From positions 1 through 18,918 of the forward strand of contig JASLZZ010000101.1 of NCBI GenBank assembly GCA_030754595.1: DNA of 18,918 bases, written 5' to 3'. Shown piece after piece: positions 10,188 through 18,201 of this stretch (its first letter is position 1; every line of letters starts with the position of its first letter). A model generated the notes under the pieces. It was not told the DNA's origin. It saw only the letters and a list, made by a program, of their open reading frames with translations, and searched no databases. The position numbers and the translations under genes were made by a program. Source of the DNA: Nitrospinota bacterium (GTDB lineage: Bacteria > UBA8248).

Positions 10188-13100
10188 ATGGCCGCCGAAT
10201 TCGTACACCTTCATCTTCATACCCAGTACAGCCTCTTGGACGGAACAAACCGCATCGATGATTTGATGGCTCGGGTGAAGGAACTCGGCATGCCTGCGGT
10301 GGGAATAACCGATCACGGCAACATGTTCGGGGCCGTCAAGTTTCATCAGGCGGCGCGGCGGGCGGGGGTCAAGCCCATTATCGGCTGCGAGGTGTATGTG
10401 GCGCCCGGAAGCCGCCACGACCGGGGAAACGGAAGGGGCGGCGCGCGCTCATGGCACATGGTGCTCCTCGCGCAAAACGAGAAGGGCTACAAGAATCTGT
10501 GCGAATTGGTGACGGCCGGATTCACCGAGGGGATGTACTATTATCCCCGGATCGACCGGGAACTGCTCGAATCCCGCGCTGAGGGGCTGATCTGCACCTC
10601 GGCCTGCCTGCGCGGCGAGGTGAATGACGCCCTTTTGAAGGATAACCGGGCCGCGGCGCTGGAGGCGGCGACGTTTTATAAAGAACTTTTTCCGGGGCGC
10701 TTTTATCTCGAAATTCAGGATCACGGCATGGAGGAGGACCGCAAGGTCGTCCCCGAGGTGATCTCCCTGGCGAAAGAGCTCGACCTTCCCCTCATCGCCA
10801 CCAACGACACCCACTATCTCAACCGGGGGGATCACCAGTTCCAGGAGGTGCTCATCTGCGTCCAGACGGGGAAAACCCTGAACGACGAGAAACGGATGAA
10901 GATCAAGAGCGAGGAGTTTTACCTGAAGACGGCGGACGAAATGGAGGCCCTTTTCCCGGAGGCGCTCGAGGCGCTCTCCAATTCACTGGCCATCGCCGAG
11001 CAGTGCAATTTCGAATTTAACTTCGGCGGAAATCATTACCCCGATTTCGAGACCCCCGAGGGGGAGACCAAGAAATCCCTCCTGAGGAAGCTTGCCGAGG
11101 AGGGGCTCGACGAGCGCCTCGTGCAACTCTCCATCGGAGACGAGGAGGCCGGGCGCTATCGTGGCCGGCTGGCCATGGAACTCGACGTTATCAACTCCCA
11201 GGATTACGAAGGATATTTCCTGATCGTCTCGGATTTCATCCGCTACGCCAAGAGCGAGGGGATACCCGTCGGGCCGGGAAGGGGATCGGCGGCGGGCAGC
11301 GTGGCGGCGTATGCGCTTGGCATCACCGGAATCGATCCGATCCGCTATTCCCTGCTGTTCGAGCGCTTCCTGAACCCCGAGCGCATCAGCCCGCCCGACA
11401 TCGACATCGATTTCTGCATGGACCGGCGCGATGAGGTGATCCGCTACGTGCAGGAAAAGTACGGGAGCGAGAACGTCTGCCAGATAATCACCTTCGGCAG
11501 CATGTTGGCCAAGGGCGTGCTCCGCGATGTGGGCCGGGTCATGGACATGGCCTACGGCGAGGTGGACCGCATCGCCAAGCTCGTGCCCAACGAGTTGAAG
11601 ATAACGCTCGAGGACGCGCTTCAAAAAGAGCCGCGCCTCAAGGAGGCGGCTGCCCGCGATCCGAAAATTCAAAAACTGATACAGACCTCTCGGCACCTGG
11701 AAGGGAATATTCGCCACGCGGGGACCCACGCCGCCGGCGTCGTGATCGCGCCCTCGAGGCTCACCAACTTCGTCCCGCTCTACAAAAGCACCGGAAGCGG
11801 GGGCGAGCTCGTGACGCAGTTCGACATGAAGGATGTCGAGGGGCTGGGTCTGCTCAAGATGGACTTTCTGGGTCTTAAGACGCTCACCGTCCTCGATCGG
11901 GCGGTCAATCTGATTCGCGGGCTCGGGGAGGAGGTCAATCTGGAGAGGTTATCCCTCGATGACGCCGAAACCTACCGGCTTCTCTCGAGCGGGCGGACGA
12001 CGGGTATATTTCAGCTCGAGAGCCGGGGCATTCGCGAGTATCTCCGCAAGCTCGCCCCGAGCGCTTTCGAGGATTTGATCGCAATGGTGGCCCTCTACCG
12101 GCCGGGGCCTCTCAACAGCGGCATGGTCGATACCTTCATCAAGCGGAAACAGGGGCGCGAGGAGATTAACTACTACTTCGATGAGCTGAAGCCCATCCTG
12201 GAGAGCACATACGGGGTCATGATCTATCAGGAGCAGGTCATGCAGATATCGGCCGCCCTCTCGGGGTTCTCGTTGGGCCGCGCCGACGTACTCAGGAAAG
12301 CGATGGGGAAGAAAAGCCCCGAGCTCATGGCCGAGCAGATGCGCGATTTCGTCGAGGGCGCGGTGGAGCGGAAAAAAGACCGGAAAAAAGTCGAGCATCT
12401 CTGGGATCAGATACAACAATTCGCCGGCTACGGCTTCAACAAAAGCCACAGCGCGGCCTACGCCTTGATCGCGTACCAGACGGCCTACCTCAAGGCGCAT
12501 TATCCGCGCGAATTCATGGCCGCCCTGCTGACCTGCGATCGCGACAACGCCGACAAGGTGATCAAGGATATCGCCGAGTGCCGCGAAATGGGCATCGTCG
12601 TCCTGCCGCCCGATCTGAACGCAAGCGAAAAGGATTTCATCGTCGAGGGCACTTCAATCCGCTTCGGCCTGGCGGCGGTCAAAAACGTTGGCGAAGGGAT
12701 GGTGGACGCCATCCTGGAGAGCCGGGGAACGGGTGGCCCATTTGGCAGCCTGGTTGATTTCTGCCGCAGAGTGGACCACAAGCAGCTCAACCGAAGGGCG
12801 GTGGAGAGTCTCATCAAGGCGGGAGCGGCGGATAGCCTTAATCTCGGCCGGGCGAAGGCGGTGGCCGCGCTCGAGGCGGTCATGGAGGCCACGGCCCGGG
12901 AGCGAAAGAGCGTGGCGGCCGGTCAGGCGAGCCTGTTTTCAGGCGAGGACGACTCACTGGCGGCTTTTCCGTTGCCGGACGTCCCGGAGTGGGCGGACAA
13001 GGATCGCCTCGGTTTCGAGCGCGAAGTGCTCGGTTTTTATGTTTCGGGCCATCCCTTGAGCGATTTCGAGGAAGTTATCCGCCGCTTTACGAACATGGAC

Positions 13101-13625
13101 TCGAGGAGACTCGGCGAGATCGAGTCCTCCCGGAAAGTCCGGATGGCCGGGCTCATTCGGTCCTCCAAGGCACGCATCACCCGCGCCGGCAGGCGGATGG
13201 CGACGCTTCTGGTCGAGGACCAGGAGGGCACGGCGGATATGACGATGTTTCCCCAGGTGTTCGAGCAAAATTATCTTGTCTTGGATACGGAGGAGCCCGT
13301 TTTCATCGAGGGGAACGCCGAGGTCTCGGACGACGGAATCCAGGTGCTGATTCAGTCCATCGGGCTTCTCTCGGAGTGGGAAAAATACAACGCCAAACGA
13401 ATGGTTCTCCAAATTCACCCGGAGGAGCAAGGGTTCAGCGGCCTGAGCGCGGTTCGCGATGTTCTGACCCGCCATCCGGGCGATTGCCCGGTGTCCCTCT
13501 TTGTTCATTTCGATGACCGGGAGGTCGAAATCTCGACCGGGAAAAATTTCGTTGTCGCTCCTACGGACGAACTTAGCGCCGAATTGGGAAATCTGGTGGG
13601 AGCGGAGGCGGTTTATTTTGAGTGA
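10188..13625 (+). CDS. dnaE: DNA polymerase III alpha subunit
   Basis: PHP 'HLHLHTQYSLLDG', 'TDHGNMFGA', 'GPGRGSAAGS', 'PPDIDIDF', 'KMDFLGLKTL', 'YGFNKSH', OB-fold and C-terminal domain. 1145 aa, no intein-sized insertion. Confidence 0.98.
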   Translation: MAAEFVHLHLHTQYSLLDGTNRIDDLMARVKELGMPAVGITDHGNMFGAVKFHQAARRAGVKPIIGCEVYVAPGSRHDRGNGRGGARSWHMVLLAQNEKGYKNLCELVTAGFTEGMYYYPRIDRELLESRAEGLICTSACLRGEVNDALLKDNRAAALEAATFYKELFPGRFYLEIQDHGMEEDRKVVPEVISLAKELDLPLIATNDTHYLNRGDHQFQEVLICVQTGKTLNDEKRMKIKSEEFYLKTADEMEALFPEALEALSNSLAIAEQCNFEFNFGGNHYPDFETPEGETKKSLLRKLAEEGLDERLVQLSIGDEEAGRYRGRLAMELDVINSQDYEGYFLIVSDFIRYAKSEGIPVGPGRGSAAGSVAAYALGITGIDPIRYSLLFERFLNPERISPPDIDIDFCMDRRDEVIRYVQEKYGSENVCQIITFGSMLAKGVLRDVGRVMDMAYGEVDRIAKLVPNELKITLEDALQKEPRLKEAAARDPKIQKLIQTSRHLEGNIRHAGTHAAGVVIAPSRLTNFVPLYKSTGSGGELVTQFDMKDVEGLGLLKMDFLGLKTLTVLDRAVNLIRGLGEEVNLERLSLDDAETYRLLSSGRTTGIFQLESRGIREYLRKLAPSAFEDLIAMVALYRPGPLNSGMVDTFIKRKQGREEINYYFDELKPILESTYGVMIYQEQVMQISAALSGFSLGRADVLRKAMGKKSPELMAEQMRDFVEGAVERKKDRKKVEHLWDQIQQFAGYGFNKSHSAAYALIAYQTAYLKAHYPREFMAALLTCDRDNADKVIKDIAECREMGIVVLPPDLNASEKDFIVEGTSIRFGLAAVKNVGEGMVDAILESRGTGGPFGSLVDFCRRVDHKQLNRRAVESLIKAGAADSLNLGRAKAVAALEAVMEATARERKSVAAGQASLFSGEDDSLAAFPLPDVPEWADKDRLGFEREVLGFYVSGHPLSDFEEVIRRFTNMDSRRLGEIESSRKVRMAGLIRSSKARITRAGRRMATLLVEDQEGTADMTMFPQVFEQNYLVLDTEEPVFIEGNAEVSDDGIQVLIQSIGLLSEWEKYNAKRMVLQIHPEEQGFSGLSAVRDVLTRHPGDCPVSLFVHFDDREVEISTGKNFVVAPTDELSAELGNLVGAEAVYFE

Positions 13626-14352
13626 TCACTCCGCGGGTGACGGGTTGCCTGGAGTCCAGGCCGCACTTTTGGGGCGCGTTCCCTTTAAGGAGTCCTGGGA
13701 GCTTCAGCAAAAAATCTGGGAAGACCGCGCCGGGGGAAAGACCGGCGAGGATATATTTTTGTTTTTGGAACATGACCCCGTTTTCACCCTCGGAACGGGC
13801 GGCTCGGAGGCCAATGTCCTCTCCCGCCGCCCTCCTTCGGGCGAGGGGGAGATCCCATTGGTCCGGATCAACCGCGGCGGGGAGGTCACCTACCACGGGC
13901 CCGGGCAGTTGATGATGTACGCCATATGCGACCTGCGTCGGCGGGAGAGAGATGTTCATATCCATTGCCGGCGTCTTGAGGAGGTATTCGTCCGATATCT
14001 ATCGGCCATGGGAATCACCGCCGAGCGCCGGGCCGATATGCCCGGCCTCTGGATCGAGGGGCGGAAGATCCTCTCTCTCGGGGTTGGGGCCCGCAGGTGG
14101 GTGACGACGCACGGGGTGGCGTTTAATATCGCTCCCGATCTCCGGTTTTTCGATATGATACATCCCTGCGGCGAGGTGGGCGCCCGTGTGACATCGCTCG
14201 AAAAACTCATCGGCGAGGCTCCGCCGCTTGGCGAAGTTGCGGAGTCGCTGTCTCCGGTTTGCCGGGATGTCTTTGGGCAGGAGTTCATCTGGACGGGGGA
14301 AGCAACCGCTCCTTTTTTCCCTTTAACCCCGGTAGAGGGTGGTCGTTCATGA
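13618..14352 (+). CDS. lipB: Lipoyl(octanoyl) transferase LipB
   Basis: 'LEHDPVFTLG', 'RGGEVTYHGPGQL', 'RKILSLGV', 'HGVAFN', 'IHPCG'. TTG start at 13618 inferred from GGAGG at 13604-13608; overlaps the dnaE stop. Confidence 0.9.
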   Translation: MSDHSAGDGLPGVQAALLGRVPFKESWELQQKIWEDRAGGKTGEDIFLFLEHDPVFTLGTGGSEANVLSRRPPSGEGEIPLVRINRGGEVTYHGPGQLMMYAICDLRRRERDVHIHCRRLEEVFVRYLSAMGITAERRADMPGLWIEGRKILSLGVGARRWVTTHGVAFNIAPDLRFFDMIHPCGEVGARVTSLEKLIGEAPPLGEVAESLSPVCRDVFGQEFIWTGEATAPFFPLTPVEGGRS

Positions 14353-15245
14353 CCAGGAGACAAAACCTCGTGAGGGACTATCTTATTTTGATTCTGGCGA
14401 GTGCGTCGGTTTTAATGATGTCCGGCCAGGTGGGTGCGGCGGCGGTCGCCGGGGCAGAGGCGGTTTTTTCTCCCGGTGTGTGGCAGCTTTTCATGAAGGG
14501 CGGCTACACGATGATTCCCATCGGGCTCTGCTCGGTCATTACCGTCGCGGTTGTTATTGAGCGGCTGATTTCTCTTCGCCGCGAAAAAATCCTGCCGAAC
14601 GAACTGGTGTCCACTCTCGAAAATCATCTGATACGGGCGGATTTCGAGGAGTCTACCCGCCTCTGCGAGCGATTCGAGGTGCCTTTCGCGCGAGTCGTCA
14701 GGGCAGGCCTCTCCAGGCGCCACCTGGGGATCGGCGAAATGGAGCGCGCCATGGTCGGTACGGGGCAGCATGAGGCGACGGTTCTTTCGAGGAACCTGCG
14801 CACCCTTGGTGTGGTAGCCAACCTCGCTCCGATGCTCGGCCTTTTCGGAACTGTCGTCGGGATGATTCGGGCTTTTGCCGTGATCAGCCAGTTTGGAACC
14901 GGAAACCCTAGTCTGGTCGCCGAGGGAATATCGGAAGCGCTCCTCACCACCGCGGCGGGACTTTTGGTCGGGATTCCCTCGCTCGCGGCCTATCATTTTT
15001 TCAGATCCCGGGGAGATCGCTTTCTATTTGAAATCGAGACCATTGCGTTCGAACTCCTCCATATCATCGCCGTTCAGACGGGGCAGGATGGAACCCCCCG
15101 GAGAGCATCGATACGCCCCGCCGAAAGGACGACCCCGGGCGGGAATTCCGAAGGTGGGAATTCCGAAGCTGGGGAACCCAAGTTCGGGGAGCCCGAAGCC
15201 CGCAATTCCGAATCAGGGGAGCCCAAATTCGGGGAGGAGGAATAG
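14349..15245 (+). CDS. MotA/TolQ/ExbB proton channel family protein
   Basis: 'KGGYTMIPI', 'IERL', 'APMLGLFGTVVGMIRAF', 'AEGISEALLTTAAGLLVGIP'. ATG 14349 overlaps the lipB stop (ATGA). Hydrophobic signal-like N-terminus. Confidence 0.92.
   Translation: MTRRQNLVRDYLILILASASVLMMSGQVGAAAVAGAEAVFSPGVWQLFMKGGYTMIPIGLCSVITVAVVIERLISLRREKILPNELVSTLENHLIRADFEESTRLCERFEVPFARVVRAGLSRRHLGIGEMERAMVGTGQHEATVLSRNLRTLGVVANLAPMLGLFGTVVGMIRAFAVISQFGTGNPSLVAEGISEALLTTAAGLLVGIPSLAAYHFFRSRGDRFLFEIETIAFELLHIIAVQTGQDGTPRRASIRPAERTTPGGNSEGGNSEAGEPKFGEPEARNSESGEPKFGEEE
15141..15245 (+). repeat. Degenerate 15-bp tandem repeat x7 forming the ExbB-like C-terminal tail
   Basis: gggaattccgaaggt / gggaattccgaagct / ggggaacccaagttc / ggggagcccgaagcc / cgcaattccgaatca / ggggagcccaaattc / ggggaggaggaatag = GNSEG GNSEA GEPKF GEPEA RNSES GEPKF GEEE*. 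Confidence 0.85.
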
Positions 15246-15647
15246 GTGCGTTTCGCCTCAAAGACCGAGGAGGACTATAGCCTCCAGCTGACCTCGTTGA
15301 TTGACGTGGTGTTTTTGCTCCTGATTTTCTTCATGGTTTCGACCTCCTTCGTCGATTTCACCCGCCGGATGGATATCCTCCTCCCCCAGTCGAAGAAGAG
15401 CACCGAAGTCGAGCGGGTGGAGAATTTCCTCCTCGAAGTGGGCGTCGAAAAAAAGCTTACGCTTAACGGAAAAGACATTACGATCGATGATCTGGAGCGC
15501 CGCCTTATGGAAGCCAGGCGAACGCCCGGCCGGCGCACACTCATCATCAAGGCGGACAAGCGCCTGGATTACGGTTTCGTCGTGCGGATTATGGGTATCA
15601 GCTTTTCCGCTGGGATTCGGGATATTTCCGTCGCCGTGAAAGAATAG
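15246..15647 (+). CDS. exbD: Biopolymer transporter ExbD/TolR family protein
   Basis: 'LTSLIDVVFLLLIFFMVST' with the conserved TM Asp, 'LIIKADKRLDYGFVVRIM', 'AGIRDISV'. GTG start directly after the exbB-like stop, SD GGAGGAGG. Confidence 0.9.
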   Translation: MRFASKTEEDYSLQLTSLIDVVFLLLIFFMVSTSFVDFTRRMDILLPQSKKSTEVERVENFLLEVGVEKKLTLNGKDITIDDLERRLMEARRTPGRRTLIIKADKRLDYGFVVRIMGISFSAGIRDISVAVKE

Positions 15648-15754
15648 GCGGCTGGCCGCTGCCGTTGATTCGGCCGGATTGAGAGGCCCGCTCCGGCATG
15701 TCCCCCTTTTTACCGCTGTTCCTGTCAGTAATAATTCTCAATAGGAAACAGGAT

Positions 15755-16453
15755 GTGACCGAAAAGGTCCAGGACCCGACCACGACATTTCCCGGAAAAA
15801 AAGGCGAGCCGGCGCGGCTTATTTTGCTTCGTCATGGCGCCTCGGGCGGCTCCGCCGAAGGCCTTCTCATCGGGCGGACGGACGTGGATCTCCTCCCCCC
15901 CGGCGAGGCCCAGGTGCGCGGGGCGGCCAAACGGGCGGTCCGCTGGCTTAACGGCGCCGCTGGAATTTCGATGGTGTCGAGCCCGCTTCTTCGAGCCCGC
16001 CGGAGCGCGGAAATTTTCCGGGCGGAAATCTCCCGGGCGAAGGGGCCGGGACCGGGCCCGGGCGGGGCGGTCGTTCGAGAGACCCGGATAATCGACGGTC
16101 TCAGCGAACTCGACCTCGGAGACTGGGAGGGGGAAACCTATGAGGGGTTGATGGAACGAGACCCGGAGCGAATGCACCGGTATTTCGATAGCTTTCTCAC
16201 GTCGAAATCCCCGGGCGGGGAGTCGCTGTCGGACCTTGCGGCGCGGGTACGCCCGGCGGTAGAAGGGTTGAGAATTGAAGGCGCCGGGCGCGTGACCGTC
16301 GTGACGGCGCACGCGGCGGTGAACCGGGTGATCGTTTGCGATTCGCTCGGGACGCCCCTCGATAATTTCTTCCGGGTCGAATTGAGTCTTGGGTCTTTAT
16401 GCGTGATCGACTATCACGGGGAGGTTCCGCTCGTTCGGTTGGTCAACGGGTGA
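15755..16453 (+). CDS. Histidine phosphatase family protein (CobC/phosphoglycerate mutase-like)
   Basis: 'LLRHG', 'GRTDVDL', 'SSPLLRA', 'LSELDLGDWEG', 'PGGES', 'VTAHAAVNR'. Start uncertain (GTG 15755 chosen). Confidence 0.88.
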   Translation: MTEKVQDPTTTFPGKKGEPARLILLRHGASGGSAEGLLIGRTDVDLLPPGEAQVRGAAKRAVRWLNGAAGISMVSSPLLRARRSAEIFRAEISRAKGPGPGPGGAVVRETRIIDGLSELDLGDWEGETYEGLMERDPERMHRYFDSFLTSKSPGGESLSDLAARVRPAVEGLRIEGAGRVTVVTAHAAVNRVIVCDSLGTPLDNFFRVELSLGSLCVIDYHGEVPLVRLVNG

Positions 16454-16459
16454 GCGATG

Positions 16460-17635
16460 TCAGTCGCCGTTCTTGATTTTTCTCTCCGCGCCCTTCTGCA
16501 TCAAAATGACCATCATGAAAAGGATGTTGAAGCTTTGGAGGACGAGCAGGATGGCGTCCACCAACTGGCCGTTTCGCAGCACGATTGCCGAAATCCCCAG
16601 CGTGCTTGCGATGAGGTAGATGAAGAAAACGGTCTGGCGGTTAGACAGGCCCAGCGCGCTCAACTGATGGTGAATGTGGTCCCTGCCCACGTAGTCCAGC
16701 CACTGCCGGATGTTCCCGACCTTTCCCGAGGACACGCAGATGACCGAGGTATAGGTCATATCGAACAGCAGTACGCCCAGGATCAGCACCGGAATCGAGA
16801 AGGCTTTGATGGGATCATGCGTGTCCCGCTGTCCCAGTACGCCCATGCAGGCCAGGGTGAAGCCGATGAAGGTGCTTCCGGCATCGCCCAGGAATATCAG
16901 GGCGGGTTTCTCGGGACGCAGGTTAGAGGGGAGAAAATCCAGGCATCCGCCCATGAGGGCGAGGCCAATGAACATCAAACCGGGCTGGTTTGTCTGGTAG
17001 GCGATCAGGCTGATGAAAAACGAAGGGATGGCGCCCAGGCCCGCGGCGAGACCGTCCATGCCGTCCAGGAAATTGAGGGCATTCGCGATACCGATGAGCC
17101 ATATGAAAATGAGAGCGACTTCCACGGAGTCTCTCCACAGGGTCGGAGGCATGAAAGAGAGCCGCACGCCCGAGTAGACTACGATGGCGCAGGGGAGAAG
17201 CTGGCCGAGGATTTTGAGGCGCGAGGAAAGTTCACGGATATCGTCCCAGAGGCCGATCGCCAGGATAACCAAGGCGCCCAGGGCGATGCCGGTTATTTCC
17301 TGGGAAAAAAGATTGTTCATTGTCATCGCCGCCGAGAAGCCGATAAATACGGCCAACCCGCCCATTAGCGGCGTTGGATTTCCGTGGATTTTCCGCTCGT
17401 CGGGGATGTCGAGGCCGCCGAGCCGGAAGGCGAATATCCGAACGATGGGAGTGATGAATAAGGTGACCAGAAAGGACACCGCCGGAATGTAAATCCACCG
17501 GAGCCCATTACCAATCAGCCAGACACGCACCTGCGGAAGCACCGAGAAGAAGAGAAGCAGAAATGAGAACCCGTATACATAGATGAAGGCATAGCTTAGT
17601 CCGAGCTTGCGGGACTCGTGGTCGCCATGGGTCAT
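16460..17635 (-). CDS. Undecaprenyl-phosphate N-acetylhexosamine-1-phosphate transferase (WecA/TagO/MraY-like, glycosyltransferase family 4)
   Basis: 'DIPDERKIHGNPTPLMGG', 'IGLWDDI', 'NALNFLDGMDGLA', 'IFLGDAGS', 'DHIHHQL', many TM helices. ATG overlaps the upstream aminotransferase stop (ATGA). Confidence 0.92.
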   Translation of the reverse strand: MTHGDHESRKLGLSYAFIYVYGFSFLLLFFSVLPQVRVWLIGNGLRWIYIPAVSFLVTLFITPIVRIFAFRLGGLDIPDERKIHGNPTPLMGGLAVFIGFSAAMTMNNLFSQEITGIALGALVILAIGLWDDIRELSSRLKILGQLLPCAIVVYSGVRLSFMPPTLWRDSVEVALIFIWLIGIANALNFLDGMDGLAAGLGAIPSFFISLIAYQTNQPGLMFIGLALMGGCLDFLPSNLRPEKPALIFLGDAGSTFIGFTLACMGVLGQRDTHDPIKAFSIPVLILGVLLFDMTYTSVICVSSGKVGNIRQWLDYVGRDHIHHQLSALGLSNRQTVFFIYLIASTLGISAIVLRNGQLVDAILLVLQSFNILFMMVILMQKGAERKIKNGD

Positions 17636-18201
17636 TTCGGCGCCTCGTCGGGAAAGAGCGATAGCACCGCTTCTGCAACGGCATCGGCTTCATCATCGGT
17701 CATCGTGGGATAAATCGGAAGTGACAAATGGCGCATCCAGGCGCTCTCCGCGCCGGGAAATCCGGACTCGCCCATCAATGCGTGAAGAGGCTTGAAAACC
17801 GGCCTTCGCGCGGCGATGCCTTTTTCCTCGAGCTTGTCGATGGCCCGCCGCGGGCCTTCGCCGCCATTTTCATCGATCCAGCTATCGGGGAGGGAGACGA
17901 CGTAGCGATGATAGACGTCCCTTCCGTCCGGAGGGTCTCCGGGCAATTCCAGGGACGAAACTGCGAGACGCTCGCCGTATCGCCGTGCAATTTCGCGGCG
18001 GCGGGCGATGAAATCCTCGAACCTGGAGAGTTGGACGAGACCGACCGCCGCCTGAAGGTCGGTGAGCTTGTAGTTCCACCGGGGCGCGAGGTCGCTCCGT
18101 TCGTCGTAGGTGTGCGCGTCGCGCACCCGGGCCAGCGCCTCGGCGTCGTCGCCAATGACCATGCCCCCCTCGCCTCCCGAGGTGAGCAGTTTAGTCGCAT
18201 A
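17632..18201 (-). pseudogene. 3' half of a DegT/DnrJ/EryC1/StrS PLP-dependent sugar aminotransferase, interrupted by an IS21-family element
   Basis: 'YATKLLTSGGEGGMV', 'NYKLTDLQAAVGLVQL', 'RRREIARRY', 'LSLPIYPTMTD'. Homology starts abruptly at codon TAT (18201), adjacent to the IS terminus at 18202. The first 15 aa of the ORF-track protein are IS-derived. Confidence 0.88.

Noticed and set aside
9327..10418. 363-aa minus-strand ORF across guaA/dnaE, and the many other overlapping ORF-track entries
   Set aside because: Shadow frames of well-supported genes, with no domain signatures.
10188..13625. Intein or split dnaE
   Set aside because: Length and motif spacing are normal, with no splice-junction motifs or large insertion.
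15141..15245. CRISPR-like array
   Set aside because: Units are contiguous 15-mers without spacers, in frame within a CDS, and no cas genes are present.
16457..17368. 303-aa antisense ORF opposite the wecA-like gene
   Set aside because: No recognisable motifs. Long codon-aligned shadow ORFs are expected opposite hydrophobic genes in GC-rich DNA.
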